A DNA stretch of 64,000 nucleotides from Octopus vulgaris (lineage: Eukaryota), in assembly GCA_951406725.2 (NCBI GenBank), contig OX597818.1, positions 38,192,001-38,256,000 on the forward strand, read 5' to 3'. The position numbers and the translations under genes are program-made. Positions within the stretch are counted from its first letter, which is position 1, and the number at the start of each line of letters is the position of its first letter. A model generated the notes under the pieces. It ran no database searches and was not told where the DNA came from. It saw only the letters and a list, made by a program, of their open reading frames with translations. Below are positions 1-13,016 of the stretch, in pieces.

Positions 1-2004
1 GATCAACCCCAGTATGCAACTGGTACTTAATTTATCAACCCCAAAAGGATAAAAGGCAAAGTCAACCTTGGTGGAATTTGAACTCAGAATGTAAGGACAG
101 ACAAATGGACATTTGCATATTGTTGAAGCAATTGTTTTTTTACAGCTGAATATTCTTTCTCCTGTTAACTACGCAAACACAAAGTAGCAAAGGACCAACC
201 ATGGTATCAACTAGAATGAGTCAAGTAGAATTTTGTGCTTTGTCCAGGATTAAAAGTCAATGGTTGTGCTAAGGTTTGAACTCATAACCCTAGCACCTTA
301 ATGTTATAGCTTTATAACTCAAAATCATTTGTTTCAGTCACTGGACTGCAGCCATGCTGGAGCACTGCCTTGAAGGATTTAGCTGAACAAACCAACCCCA
401 GTAAGTTTGGTACTTACTCTATCTGTCTCTTTTACTGAAATCCCTAAGTTATAGGAACGTAAACAAACCAATACCTGTCGTCAAGCTATAGGGATCCATA
501 CACACTCATACAATAGGCTTCCACAGTTTCTGTCTACCAAATTAACTCACAAGGTATTGGTCAGACTAGGATTACAGAAGACACTTGCCTAAGGTGCCAT
601 ACAGTAGAACTGAACCCAAAACCATACGGTTGCAAAGTGAACTTCTTAACCACACAACCATGCCTGCACCTGTCATATATATACATAATTCATGTAGATT
701 ATACAAATATATATATTATTTTACTTTGAACATCATCATTTAACATCCGCTTTCCATGTTAGCATGGGTTGGACGATTTGACTGAGGTCTAGCGAACCAG
801 ATGGCTGCACCAGACTCCAATCTGATCTGGCAGAGTTTCTACAGCTGGATGCCCTTCTTAATGCCAACCACTCCGAGAGTGTAGTGGGTGCTTTTACGTG
901 CAACCGGCACAAGGGTCCGTCAAGCGGTACTGGCAACAGCCACGCTCAGATGGTGCGTTTTATGTGCCACCTGCACAGGAGCCAGTCCAGCGGCACTGGC
1001 AACGACCTCACTCGAATGTTTTTTTCACGTGCCACCAGTACAAGTGCTAGTAAGGCGATGCAGGTAACGATCACGCTCGAATGGTGTTTTTACCATGCCA
1101 TCGGCACGGAGGTCAGCTTGTTACTCTGGCAACGATCTCGTTCATATGGTACTCTTAGCGCTCCACTAGCACAGATGCCAGTCATCGAATTTGATTTGGT
1201 AAATTTGATAAAAGCATACTACAATAACAGGTAGAAATTATGCAATGCACTCCATAAAAACAAATCACTGAATCATATTGTTTACTGACTATGAAAATTT
1301 GCATTTGAAAACTTTTATTGAAGAAAGACCAAATATTTGTCGTGAATGATGCAGGCATGGCTGTGTGGTTAAGAAGCTTATTTCCCAACCATGTAGTCTT
1401 GAGTTCAGTTCCACTGTGCAGCAGTGCAACACTGGCCAAGTGTCTTCTGCTATAGTCCCAGACCAACCAAAGCCTTGTGAGTGGGTTTGGGAGACAGAAA
1501 CTAAAAGAAGGCTCTATGTGTGTGTGTCTCTCTCTCTCTCCTTGTCTTGACATCACATGAAGGTTGTAAATGAGCATCACCATCATGCAAGCAATGTTGC
1601 TCATTCCAAGTCTTCCACAGAAAACGTGTCTGGCAACAGGTGAGGGGCTAGCAACAGGAAGGACAGCCGTTCATAGAAAAACCTGTCACAACAGATTCCA
1701 TTTGACCCATGCAAGCATAGAAAAGTGTATTTCTTTACTGCCCACAAGGGGCTAAACATAGAGGGGGACAAACAAGGACAGACAAAGGGATTAAGTCGAT
1801 TACATCGACCTCAGTGGGAAACTGGTACTTTATTTATCGACCCCGAAAGGATGAAAGGCAAAGTCGACCTTGGCGGAATGTGGCCATTAAATGATAATGG
1901 TAATGATGATAAGGCAGATTGGGAGGTTTTTATTAGGACACTATCACTAGAAATTCTCTCTTTTTTAAACCTTTTCCATCTCACATCAGTCTGAGCTGTT
2001 TTAA

Positions 2005-2615
2005 CCCTCTAGCATTCAGATTACTTTGTCAAATATAATGCTTATTCACATTGTTTTGAACTAATTTTGAACTAATCGTGCATTATCTTGTAGCTTTGAG
2101 ATTTCGATGACGTGATTTATTCTTTTACTTATTTCAGTCATTTGACTGCAACCATGCTGGAGCACTGCCTTCAGTCAAATCGACCCCAGGATTTATTCTT
2201 TGTAAGCCTAGTACTTATTCTATCAGTCTCTTTTGCCGAACCACTAAGTTATGGAGACGTAAACACACATACATTGATTATCAAGCGATGGTGTGGGACA
2301 AACACAGACACACAAATACACATACACACACACACACAGATATATATATAACGGGTTTCTGTCTACCAAATCCACTTACAAGGCTTTAGTCAGCCCAAGG
2401 CTATAGTAGTAGACACTTGCTCAAGGTGCCACACAGTGGGACTGAACCCGGAACCATGTGGTTGGGAAGCAAGCTTCTTACCACACAGCCACTCCTGCAC
2501 CTATATTGTATATTTTTTAATGACACTGTAGGTGTGGGGGATCAGATCTGGTCAGTTTGGACATAAAACAGCTAGAATATTTAGGCCAGATTTGGCCGGT
2601 TTGAGTGGTAAAGGG
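2005..2615. mobile_element. piggyBac-like MITE (TTAA|CCC...GGG|TTAA) with nested SINE B
   Basis: TTAA at 2001-2004 and 2616-2619. Other copies near 6628-7497, 29732-30423, 47251-47450 and 57170-57383; a related family at 5247-5453. Confidence 0.8.
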
Positions 2616-2825
2616 TTAATTAAAATGGGCTCAGCATGATTTGCTGAGGACGTGCACCAATACTAGTGATAAGCAGTCACATTATCACTAACAGATTGCT
2701 TTACTCATTTTAAAATTTGAATGAAGTTTAATAGTGGTTTATATATAAGCAATCTGATCACCTAATTTCTCAGAGAAAAAAAGAAAAAGAAATTTAAAAA
2801 CAACAAAGAAAGGAAATGAACTTAC

Positions 2826-2989
2826 ATGTTGAAAATAATCCTTCACTTTCTGCTTACTTAAACGATGATTCTTCAAGTCAACATTACAATGAAACAGTAG
2901 ATCAAGATGCTGACAGAGACTGAGTACATGATGTAGAAAGGATTTTTCTCCATCAGGATAAGAAATGAAGAGGCGAATATTTCCAAATT
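2826..2989 (-). CDS. Death/SEFIR adaptor, coding exon 4 (start of SEFIR/TIR domain); gene continues beyond window start
   Basis: CAG acceptor and GTAAGT donor, 164 nt, phase 1->0. Reads FGNIRLFISYPDGEKSFLHHVLSLCQHLDLLFHCNVDLKNHRLSKQKVKDYFQH, with a box-1-like 'LFISY' motif. No stop, and no further exon found in 1-2820. Confidence 0.8.
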
Positions 2990-4549
2990 CTGAGAAAAAT
3001 AGATGAATAAAAAAAGATGTAGAGAACAGATTATATAGAAAGTGATTTTTTTTTTTTTTTTATCACTGTATTCTTTCTTTCATTTCATTTTTACACATAA
3101 TTTTGCATTCCACTTTGCTGGCACAGGTTGTAATGAGACTTGAAGCAGTATTCTACAACTGAATACCCTTCCTGATGCCAACCATTATCTGTTAGATGCA
3201 AAGTTTTTTTTTTATTCTACCGATCAACATCAATGGAAATTGTAGCTGTGATACCAGTGCCGATAGCACGTAAGAGAACCATCCGAGCGTGGCCGTTGCC
3301 AGTGCCACCCCGACTGGCCTCCATGCTGGTGGCACGTAAAAAGCACCATCCGATTGTGGCCGTTTGCCAGCCTCGTCTGGCACCTGTGCAGGTGGCACGT
3401 AAAAAGCACCCACTACACTCACGGAGTGGTTGGCGTAAGTAAAGGCATCCAGCCGTAGAAACACTGCCAGATCAGACTGGGCCTGGAGCAGCCTTCTAGC
3501 TTCCTAGACCCCAGTTGAACCGTCCAACCCATGCTAGCATGGAAATCGGACGTTAAACGATGATGATGATGATGATGATGATGAGAAATTGATATGTTGA
3601 AACCACTAATCTGCATCATGCATTATTGATGAGCTAAGTAAACACGTCACTGGTATCCAAGCAATGACAATGCAGAGAACACACACACATATATACATAT
3701 ATAACTGTGGAGGGAAGCTGTGGAAGAGGTTGATCTAGGAAGATGTAGAAGGTGGTGGAATATGATCTTTTGATGTTGAGTCTTACGGAAGCAATGACAA
3801 ATGATTGAGACCTTTGGCAATTTGTTGTGCTTGAGAAGACATGTCAAGCTAAATGAAATCATAGTCATGACATGTAAAAGGCACCCTTGCCGGTGACACA
3901 TAAATGGCACCCATGTCAGGGACACGCAAAAGGCACCAAGTACACTCTCTGAAGTGGTTGATATTAGGAAGGACATCCAACCATAGAAACCAAGCCAAAA
4001 CAGGCTGGAGCCTGGTACAGCTCTCCAGCTCCAGTCAAACCATCTTACACATGCTAGCATGGAGAACATATGCTAAATGATGATGATGAAGTTTGCCATT
4101 GCATTAAGAGTGAACCATGTTCTACGTGACACATTCAACCAGTATCCAAAGTTTGAAACTGTTTAGTTAAAAAAAATAATTTTAAAAATCTGTGACTGAG
4201 ATTGAAAAGATACAATGTTTCTTCCAGATTCTTCATATTTGTATTAGAATGTACAAAGTGAAGATGCTTGGCAATTTTATCAATAAGGATGTTATTTAAA
4301 AAACAAAAAACTTTTAAAGAAAAGCACATGAAATGAGGTCAACAGTTTATTTAGAATTACTTATTTAACCCTTTCACTACCATATTTCTGTTGAAATACA
4401 TTACTTTTATTACAATTAATTTTGAAAATAATGAGATGACAAAATTACTGAGATGTCTGGCATCTTCCTGTTCTTAAGAGGACCCATCCACCACTGCAGA
4501 ATTGACACCGGTGTTGGTCCAGTGTTAAAAGCACTCAGGTTGGTGCCCA

Positions 4550-5178
4550 TGGGCAAATGGTGTAGTGATTAAGAGTGCAGGCTACTAACCCCAAGATTCC
4601 GAGTTCGATTCTAGGCAGTGACCTGAATAATAATAACAACAACATCGAAAAATACCTTAGGAATGAGAACCCAGGTTCAAAATATCCCCAAGACACCTGA
4701 GGAAGGCTGGAGTGTATATCAGCCAAAACGTTGTTTTAACAACAAATATCCGTCAAATATAAATAATGTACATAAAAAAAAGCACCATTCAAGCGTGATC
4801 GTTACCTGCATTGCCTTACTGGCACTTGTGCTGGTGGCATTTGAAAAAACATTCGAGCGAGGTTGTTGCCAGTGCCACTGGACTGGTTCCTGTGCAGGTG
4901 GCACATAAAAAGCACCATTTGAGCGTGGCCATTGCCAATACCACCTGACTGGCCCTCGTGCCGGTGGCACATAAAAGCACCCACTACACTCTCAGAGTGG
5001 TTGGCGTTAAGAAGGGCATCCAGCTGTAGAAACTCTGCCAGATCAGATTGGAGTCTGGTGCAACCATCTGGTTTGCCAGACCTCAGTCAAATCATCCAAC
5101 CCATGCTAGCATGGAAAGCAGACATTAAATAATGATGATAATGATGATGAATTCTTCATCTCTTAAATAAAGAACTGT
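4550..5178 (+). mobile_element. Third copy of the tRNA-hammerhead element, interrupted by an RTE-related element (about 4776-5150)
   Basis: Head GGGCAAATGGTGTAGTGATT...GAGTTCGATTC. Hammerhead-like motif at 4692-4737 with GAAA changed to AAAA. The tail resumes at about 5150 (AATTCTTCATCTCTTAAATAAAGAACTGT). Confidence 0.75.
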
Positions 5179-5675
5179 TAAACTGATGTTTAGAACATAT
5201 ATTAATATGAAATTTTGATGGAACTTTTTAATTTAGATTTCTTTAACCCTTTTTGTTACCACATTTCTGTTGAGATGCTCTGTGTTCCCTTCAATGAATT
5301 TTAAATATAAGAAAAACTTTAGAAAAATAATTTAGTTATCATTAAGCAAATGTTGGGAACATAAATTATGACTAAGGTTTTGGTGGAAGATTTCAAGTCA
5401 GAACTTTTGAAAACAACACAGAGGCAGTTTCAGCCAGGTTGGTATCAAAAGGGTTAAAACAGGAAATTTGTACCACAGATCCAAAGGTGATTTCAGGCAG
5501 ATTTGTATCAAAAGACTTAATAATCCTCTGAATTACAAATACTGGCTTAATTCTAGATTTTGTGTTATTGTTTGCAGCTATTATATAACTTCACATATCA
5601 CTTCTACAGGTATTTTTTTTTTTTTTTTTTTATGAAACTAAACTCAATATAAAAAAGAAAAAGTTGATAACTTAC

Positions 5676-6035
5676 TTTTTGATGGCAAAGTCACTTTTAA
5701 ATCCACACTTGAATATTTTCCTGAATTTTTCTGAAGAAGTGAACTTGAACTGCTTTCATTATCTAAATCTTCATGAAAATACTTTGAAGAATTTTTAACA
5801 GAATTGTGCCGAGAGTAGTAGTCGGAAGTTTTCTGATAATATGAGGATGATTTTAGGGAAATGTGTTGGTATCCTGAGATGCTGGTAACTGCATCAAAAT
5901 TTGAGTAATAAGTATCTAAATTGTTAGACTTTGCATCATTTTGTGAATTGTAAATATACTGACTTGACTTGTCTTCAGATTCCAGGGAAAATCCAAATGT
6001 AGAAATTTTAGAAACATCATATGCCTGGAGAATTT
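5676..6035 (-). CDS. Death/SEFIR adaptor, coding exon 3 (Ser/Tyr-rich linker)
   Basis: TAG acceptor after a poly-T tract, GTAAGT donor. 360 nt open with no stop in the frame set by the neighbouring exons (phase 1->1): ILQAYDVSKISTFGFSLESEDKSSQYIYNS...VDLKVTLPSK. Confidence 0.8.
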
Positions 6036-6052
6036 CTAATAAGAAAAAAAAA

Positions 6053-6238
6053 GGTGTATTTTAAAAAATACATAATAAATATTTAGTCTGGTGTTATTTT
6101 AAAAAATATATAATAAATATTCAATTTGGTGTTATTTTAAAAAATATATAATAAATATTCAATTTGGTGTTATTTTAAAAAATATATAATAAATATTCAA
6201 TTTGGTGTTATTTTAAAAAATATATAATAAATATTCAA
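6053..6238. repeat. 38-bp minisatellite, 5 copies
   Basis: GGTGTTATTTTAAAAAATATATAATAAATATTCAATTT units start at 6053, 6090, 6128, 6166 and 6204. Confidence 0.95.
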
Positions 6239-6911
6239 TATTCAAATCAAGTTTTTCCCGCAGTTATTTTTCAGTGTTGAGCCACAGATTGCCAACATCT
6301 TATTTTACAGAAGAAAAATTGAACTCATGTTATGCATTGCATTAATTTATTCTCTATGCATCAAACTGTACTGGTATTTAACAAAGAGACATGCTACATA
6401 AACATAAATATTATCACATGCTCTTTACAAAATCTCAAGAATTCTAAGATATTTATTTCTGTTAGAAACGCTGTTTCCTCAGATTATAAATTTGTTTTTT
6501 CGGTCTGTTCTACTCTTTCTAGTAGAATAGTTTCTTTCCATTTATCTTTCTTTTCATCACCTAACTTTGTTTCCTTGAGATTCTGTTTTAGATAACAATC
6601 TGTAAAATTATTATGCCCTCTGATTAATCCTTTAGCATTTAAACCAGCCATATCCAACCTAAATATTCTACCTGTTTTATGGTCAAACCAACCAGAGCTG
6701 GCCTCTCACACCTACCCAACAATGTCATTCTAAAAATATATAACCATAGGTGCAGGAGTGGCTGTGTGGTAAGTAGCTTGTTTACCAACCACCTGGTTCC
6801 GGGTTCAGTCCCACTGCGTGGCACCTTGAGCAAGTGTCTTCTACTATAGCCTCAGGCCAACCAAAGTCTTGTGAGTGGATTTGGTAGACGGAAACTGAAA
6901 GAAGCCCGTTG

Positions 6912-6968
<57 letters not shown>

Positions 6969-7136
6969 AGGTATATATATAAAATTAATTTATTATAGAA
7001 GGAGTATATACGCATTCAGAGAAATATATATATATATATATATACTATATATATATATATATATATATATATGCTAATACAATTCTTGTTAAATACTCTG
7101 AGATTTCTGAATGACAGTACTAGTCAGTCTTATATA

Positions 7137-7189
<53 letters not shown>

Positions 7190-7798
7190 AGTTTGTGTGT
7201 CTGTGTTTGTCCCTCCAACATCGCTTGACAACCGATGGTGGTGTGTTTACGTCGCCGTCACTTAGTGGTTCGGCAAAAGAGACCGATAGAATAAGTACTA
7301 GGCTTACAAAGAATAAGTTCTGGGGTCGATTTGCTCGACTAAAGGCGGTGCTCCAGCATGGCCGCAGTCAAATGACTGAAACAAGTAAAAGAGTAAAGAG
7401 TATATCAAAATTTCAAAGCTATGATATAATATATAATTAATTCAAAACAATGTAAATAAATAAGCACTACACTTGACAGAGTAATCTGAATACTAATGCC
7501 TATACTAATATAGGAGTATTCCTGTATTAGGGATACTCTTGTATTAGCATCCCAACCAGTAGTACTAACTGCACCAACCAGTTTCTACTTGATTCACAAT
7601 TTGCTAAATTTATTAATTTATCTTTAATCTCAGCAAAATTTATTTATTTAAGCATGAAACAAACATTATAATCTTAATAAGTTACCAATAAATGTATTTA
7701 TTTCCTAAACATCAAACCACTTTCTACTAGTTCTAGTCTCCACTAATTGCACAAATTAGTCACACAATTAAAATTTTTTTTTTTAACACAATACATAC

Positions 7799-7955
7799 GT
7801 TTTTCTGCGCCTTCAAGTTCATTACTTTCACGGGGTCTTTTAATTTGTTTCAATGCTTCAATAAGTTTCCCAACAGTATTGGATAGATCCTTAGAGTATT
7901 CTTCAAATAATTTTAATGTATTACTTCCATGAGATGACTTCTTTGTCTCTAAAGA
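7799..7955 (-). CDS. Death/SEFIR adaptor, coding exon 2 (death domain C-terminal half)
   Basis: CAG acceptor and GTATG donor, 157 nt, phase 0->1. Reads SLETKKSSHGSNTLKLFEEYSKDLSNTVGKLIEALKQIKRPRESNELEGAEK (TV..L..AL..I.R death-domain motif). Confidence 0.85.
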
Positions 7956-8360
7956 CTGAAAACAAGAATTTTTTTTTTTTTAAAAAAAACCTCTTTAGTA
8001 AGTACATGTCTTAAATAGCATATTGCATACCACACAATTAGACAAATGAATAAACGTAAATGTTTGTATAATATAAACATGATTATAATAGCAAAATATT
8101 TGTTTTCAAGTGAACACAAAAATTCTTAAATTAGCAAATAAATAATGTGGATGATGTGCAGTCACTTAAGGTAGATGGAACTCATTCATTTAATGTGGAC
8201 GGAGTTCAAACACTGGGGTTTGTGGAGACATGATAGAAAGTAGTGAAGGCTGATCTGAAGACCTTGAACCTCATGGAGGAGACAAAAAGAACTAGAATGA
8301 CTGGAAATAAGCAGCTTTTGGGAAGACCCACACATCTCAAACACAATATATGTACACACA

Positions 8361-8588
8361 GCGAGCTGGCAGAAATGTTAGCACGCCGGGCGAAATGCGT
8401 AGCTGTATTTCGTCTGCCGTTACGTTCTGTGTTCAAATTCCGCCAAGGTCGACTATGCCTTTCATCCTTTCGGGGTCGATAAATTAAGTACCAGTTACGC
8501 ACTGGGGTTGATGTAATTGACTTAATCCGTGTGTCTGTCCTTGTTTGTCCCCTCTGTGTTTAGCCCCTTGTGGGTAATAAAAAAAACA
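8361..8588 (+). mobile_element. tRNA-derived SINE family A (MetaSINE-like central motif)
   Basis: GAGCTGGCAGAA..GTTCAAATTCC head and GCCTTTCATCCTTTCGGGGTCGATAAA core. 16-bp TSD AATATATGTACACACA (8345-8360 and 8589-8604). Other copies near 1-105(-), 1727-1880(-), 36736-36953(+), 40330-40530(+), 45325-45527(-). Confidence 0.85.
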
Positions 8589-10086
8589 AATATATGTACA
8601 CACACACAAACTGCTACTGTAATCAAAAGTGAGCAGAACTGTATATTTTACCAGCTTCTCCCCAATACTACTTATCCTTCTGGAACCATTTAACTTGGTA
8701 TCCATCCTTTATTCTAAATATTGTCCTCTCCACCCACATTCTACAGTGATCACCATCAACCATACATATCTCTTTTTCATCCTTCTCTCTACTCTACCAT
8801 TATGACGATTCTTCTGACCTTCACAGACTTTTATTTTTTTGCAGTGTCAAACAGTTTCCTGTCCTCCCCTATCTCCCCCCAATTCATATCACTGGTCACC
8901 CCCCCTCCATATACCCTTTATCCACCATTCACAACAGTTCCTCAACCCCTCCTATCTCTACAGTTGTCACCTCTTGTCATCCCTCTTCACTTGTTCATTA
9001 TATCAATGCAGTCACTCATCCTTATCACTAACCACTTCTTGCTATCTCATACACCTTGCAATCTCTTGCTATTTCATACACTCACTCACACACCCTGTCC
9101 TCCTGTCTCCACTAATCTACTCACCTCTTATCTTGAGGGTCTACTATGACACCGCATCACTATTTTTATCTTTTTTTATCTTTTCTCTTTCCCACACTCT
9201 GACACAGTCACTCCCACCCTCTCTTCTAAACTGTGAATGACCATGTAGCTCCTCTACAGTAAGAAACCTGTTCTCCTTGGCTCATACTTTAACCCCCTCT
9301 TCTTCTAGCATAATGCAGTCTCCCTCTCTACTGAAGTATGGTTCAATTGAAGGGGACCTTAGTTTTGCAAGGTGCATGGCAAGCTCATTACTGCTGATGC
9401 TATGGGGAAAAAAAAACACATTACATGTTGTAAAGTGGTTAGCATTAGGAAAGGTATCCAACTGTAGAAACCATGCCAAAGCAGACACTGGTGCACAAGG
9501 TAGCCCAATCAGATCCTATCATACCATGCAACCTGTGCCACCATGGAACATGAGCACTAAATGATGATGATGATTATGATTTGATAATAAAATATAAGAC
9601 CGTGTTAAGACAGATCCTTCTGGTGGTGTAAAGCACTCATGTGGTGCCACATAAAAGCACCAATTACATTCTTGGAATGGTTAGCATTAGGAAGGGTATC
9701 CAGCCATAGAAACCATGCAAAATCAGACTGGAGTCTGGTGCAGCCCCCCAGCTTGCCAGCTCTGGTCACACCATCCAACCTATACCAGCATGTTAAACAC
9801 CAACAGATGTTAAATGATGATGATGATGATGATGATCTATGATTAGCCCAATTCTTTAAGATATTTTTTTGTAACATTTTCAATTAATTGCTAAAGATTA
9901 ATCTTTTATTACATCTTCATATAACATTTTCATTAGTAAAATACTTGTTAATGACCGATATTATAAAAAAAAATTATATACATTTCCTCTGAATGACAAC
10001 TGAAGTTATACTATATTGAAAATTAGATTTACATAAATTACACTTACAAAATGTGTGTTAGATTAATTAACAGAAAATATACTTAC

Positions 10087-10230
10087 TAAGACTTGATTGC
10101 CACTGAAGCCAAGTTGTCCAGCCAAAAACTTCCAGTTATTTCCATAACCACTGCTTGGTATATCTAAGTTCAGCAGTTTTACTCTTACTTCATAGGGCAC
10201 ATAGACAAAAGGGACATCTCTAAAATCCAT
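10087..10230 (-). CDS. Death domain + SEFIR/TIR-like adaptor (Act1/CIKS- or MyD88-like), coding exon 1
   Basis: ATG at 10230 with an in-frame TAG 4 codons upstream. Reads MDFRDVPFVYVPYEVRVKLLNLDIPSSGYGNNWKFLAGQLGFSGNQVL (death-domain W..LA..LGF helix). GTAAGT donor, phase 0. The exon probably extends to a CAG acceptor at 10292-10293. Confidence 0.85.
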
Positions 10231-11386
10231 AGCTAATATCTAACCAAATGTATCACTTCCAAAATCAACAAACTTGAATGTATCTTTTCATCTGCAAGTG
10301 AATGAGACAAGAGTATGTAAACATAAAAAATCATAGCTTATAAACTAGTTTTACATTTGTTTTTTACAAAAATAATTTATTCCCTGTATTAGATTTCAGA
10401 GCTTCAAGAACCCAAAATTGAATATGTTGAGCTGTTATATTGCTGTTACTGAATAATTTTGATATACTTGGCTTGTGACTGGCACCCGTGCTGTTGGGAC
10501 ATAAAAAGCACCATTCGAGCATGGTTGATGCCAGTCCCTTCAGACTGGCTCCCATGCTGGTGGCACATAAAATGCACCATATGAACGTGGTTGATGCCAG
10601 TGCCACCTGACTGGCTCCGATGCCAGTGGCAGGTAAAAAGCACCATTCGAGCATGGTCATTGCCAGTGCCGTCTGACTGGCTCCTGTGCTGGTGGCACAT
10701 AAAAAGCACCATTCGAGCATGGTCATTGCCAGTGCCGTCTGACTGGCTCCTGTGCTGGTGGCACATAAAAAGCACCCGCAACACCCTCAGAGTGGTTGGC
10801 ATTAGGAAGGGCAACCAGCTGTAGAAACCTTGCCAGATCAAATTGGAACCTGGTGCAGCTTTCTGGCTTGCCAGTTCTCAGTCAAACTATCCAACCCATG
10901 CCAGCATGGAAATCAGACGCTAAGCGATGATGATATAGCACATGTAGTGCTAGACACGTTCAGAAAGCCTTTACGTGTTCAGTTATCCTACAGGTCTTCT
11001 CAAGCATAGTTTATTGCCCAATGGGCCAGTTACAAATTGTTATTAGCCCGAAATTTCACTGAGTGTTTTTTCCAAAAGATTTACTATAAGTTAGATAAAA
11101 AGCTTTGCGAGTTACAGTTAATTCTCTGGGTTATTGACTCTGGCAACGCCGGGTATTTCAGCTAGTATTTAATATAGTAAAACGGTAAATTACGAAAAAA
11201 AAAACAAAAAAACTAGTAAACAAAGCGTAAGAGTGGCTGTGTGGTAAGTAACTTACTTACCGACCACATGGTTCCGGGTTCAGTCCCACTGCGTGGCACT
11301 TTGGCCAAGTGCCTTCTACTATAGCCTTGGGCTGACCAAAGCCTTGTAAGTGGATTTGGTAGACGAAAACTGAAAGAAACCCGTCG

Positions 11387-11452
<66 letters not shown>

Positions 11453-12634
11453 TCCTCCAACATCGCTTGATAACGGATGCTGGTGTGTTTACGTCCCCGT
11501 AACTTGGTGGTTCAGCAAAAGAGACCCTTAGAATAAGTACTAGGCTTACAAAGAATAAGTCCTGGGATCGATTTGCTCGACTAAAGGCGGTGCTCCAGCA
11601 TGGCCACAGTCAAATGACTGAAACAAGTAAAAGAGTAAACAAGCACCAACATGTTTGTGGCTTTCGATTGGCTAAAGTTACCCAAAATTTGCAAACTTTA
11701 AAAACTACTAACTTTTTTATTCATTAATTTATGGCAAAAATGAATTTTATTTCCATTAATTAAGTATATAAATCTACTGGCTGTGTGGTAAGTAGCTTGT
11801 TTACCAACCACATGGTTCCGGGTTCAGTCCCACTGCGTGGCACCTTGGGCAAGTGTCTTCTACTATAGCCTCGGGCCGACCAAAGCCTTGTGAGTGGATT
11901 TGGTAGACGGAAACTGAAAGAAGCCCGCCGTATATATGTATATATATATATGTATGTGTATGTTTGTGTGTCTGTGTTTGTCCCCCTAGCATTGCTTGAC
12001 AACCGATGCTGGTGTGTTTATGTCCGGGTCACTTAGCGGTTCGGCAAAAGAGAGACCGATAGAATAAGTACTGGGCTTACAAAGAATAAGTCCCGGAGTC
12101 GAGTTGCTCGATTAAAGGCGGTGCTCCAGCATGGCCGCAGTCAAAATGACCGAAACAAGTAAAAAGAAGAAAAAAAAAAGAATCAATAAACCAAATTTGA
12201 AATCAACTGGAACAAAATTTGAAGGAATTGAAAAGTGGAAACAGAAAGGACCCCCTATGTGACAACAAACTACAAATGTTCTGAAACAACGAAGTAAATT
12301 TGACACAAGAAGAAAAGCCTATTTGGAATAGAATCATTCAGCTATGAAAATAAATGTCAAGTGATACTGACCAATAAATAAATCTATCTCTTCCACTTCA
12401 CATCTCCCATCTCACATATACACACGCCAAGTGCGAAAGCACAGCTGGTCACTTCAAACCAAAATGCTACAATGAAGCGTATTCCACGGATGATCCTGCT
12501 TATTATCTCAGAATCGGAATTGGCAACAGTGGAGCCGCTATGTCAAAATCGAACCTGTTAAAATAGCAGCCAGGTTATCGAATTTCACCATCATGAAACA
12601 AGGACATATAGGATAATACTTCTAAATATTTTGG

Positions 12635-13016
12635 GGCGATCTTTCGTCTCTAATAGACCTTTCCGTCGATTTCCGTAAAAAAAATATATTTTTTTTACAT
12701 ATGGGCTTGCGGGAACTTTTGAAGTAATATGCATACATATACACATACACCGAGTAAAAAATTTCAGTTATCTCTTTCTTTCACACACACTAACAGAAGC
12801 ACTTCACTTACACAACATACTGTCTGTCTCCCACACCCCATGTACATCAATGCTTCACATGCACGGTAACTTCAAAAGAACTTCCCTCGTCATACAATCG
12901 CTTTCTCTTAGTCTCTTTCGCTCTCATTACTTCAAAAGTTCCCGCAAGCCCATATGTAAAAAAAAAAAAATTTTACGGAAATTGACGGAAAGGTCTACTA
13001 GAGACGAAAGATTGCC
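12635..13016. mobile_element. MITE with ~95-bp terminal inverted repeats (GG..CC ends)
   Basis: GGCGATCTTTCGTCTC...GAACTTTTGAAGTAAT is mirrored at about 12926-13016. No clear TSD. Confidence 0.8.

Noticed and set aside
8721-9240. 142-aa and 133-aa ORFs in a C/T-rich tract
   Set aside because: Low-complexity, strand-biased decayed repeat inside an intron, with no domain motifs or splice support.
10364-10841. Repetitive ORFs and a CRISPR-like repeat appearance
   Set aside because: These are internal tandem units of retroposon family C. The 'spacers' are homologous to each other, the context is eukaryotic, and there are no cas genes.
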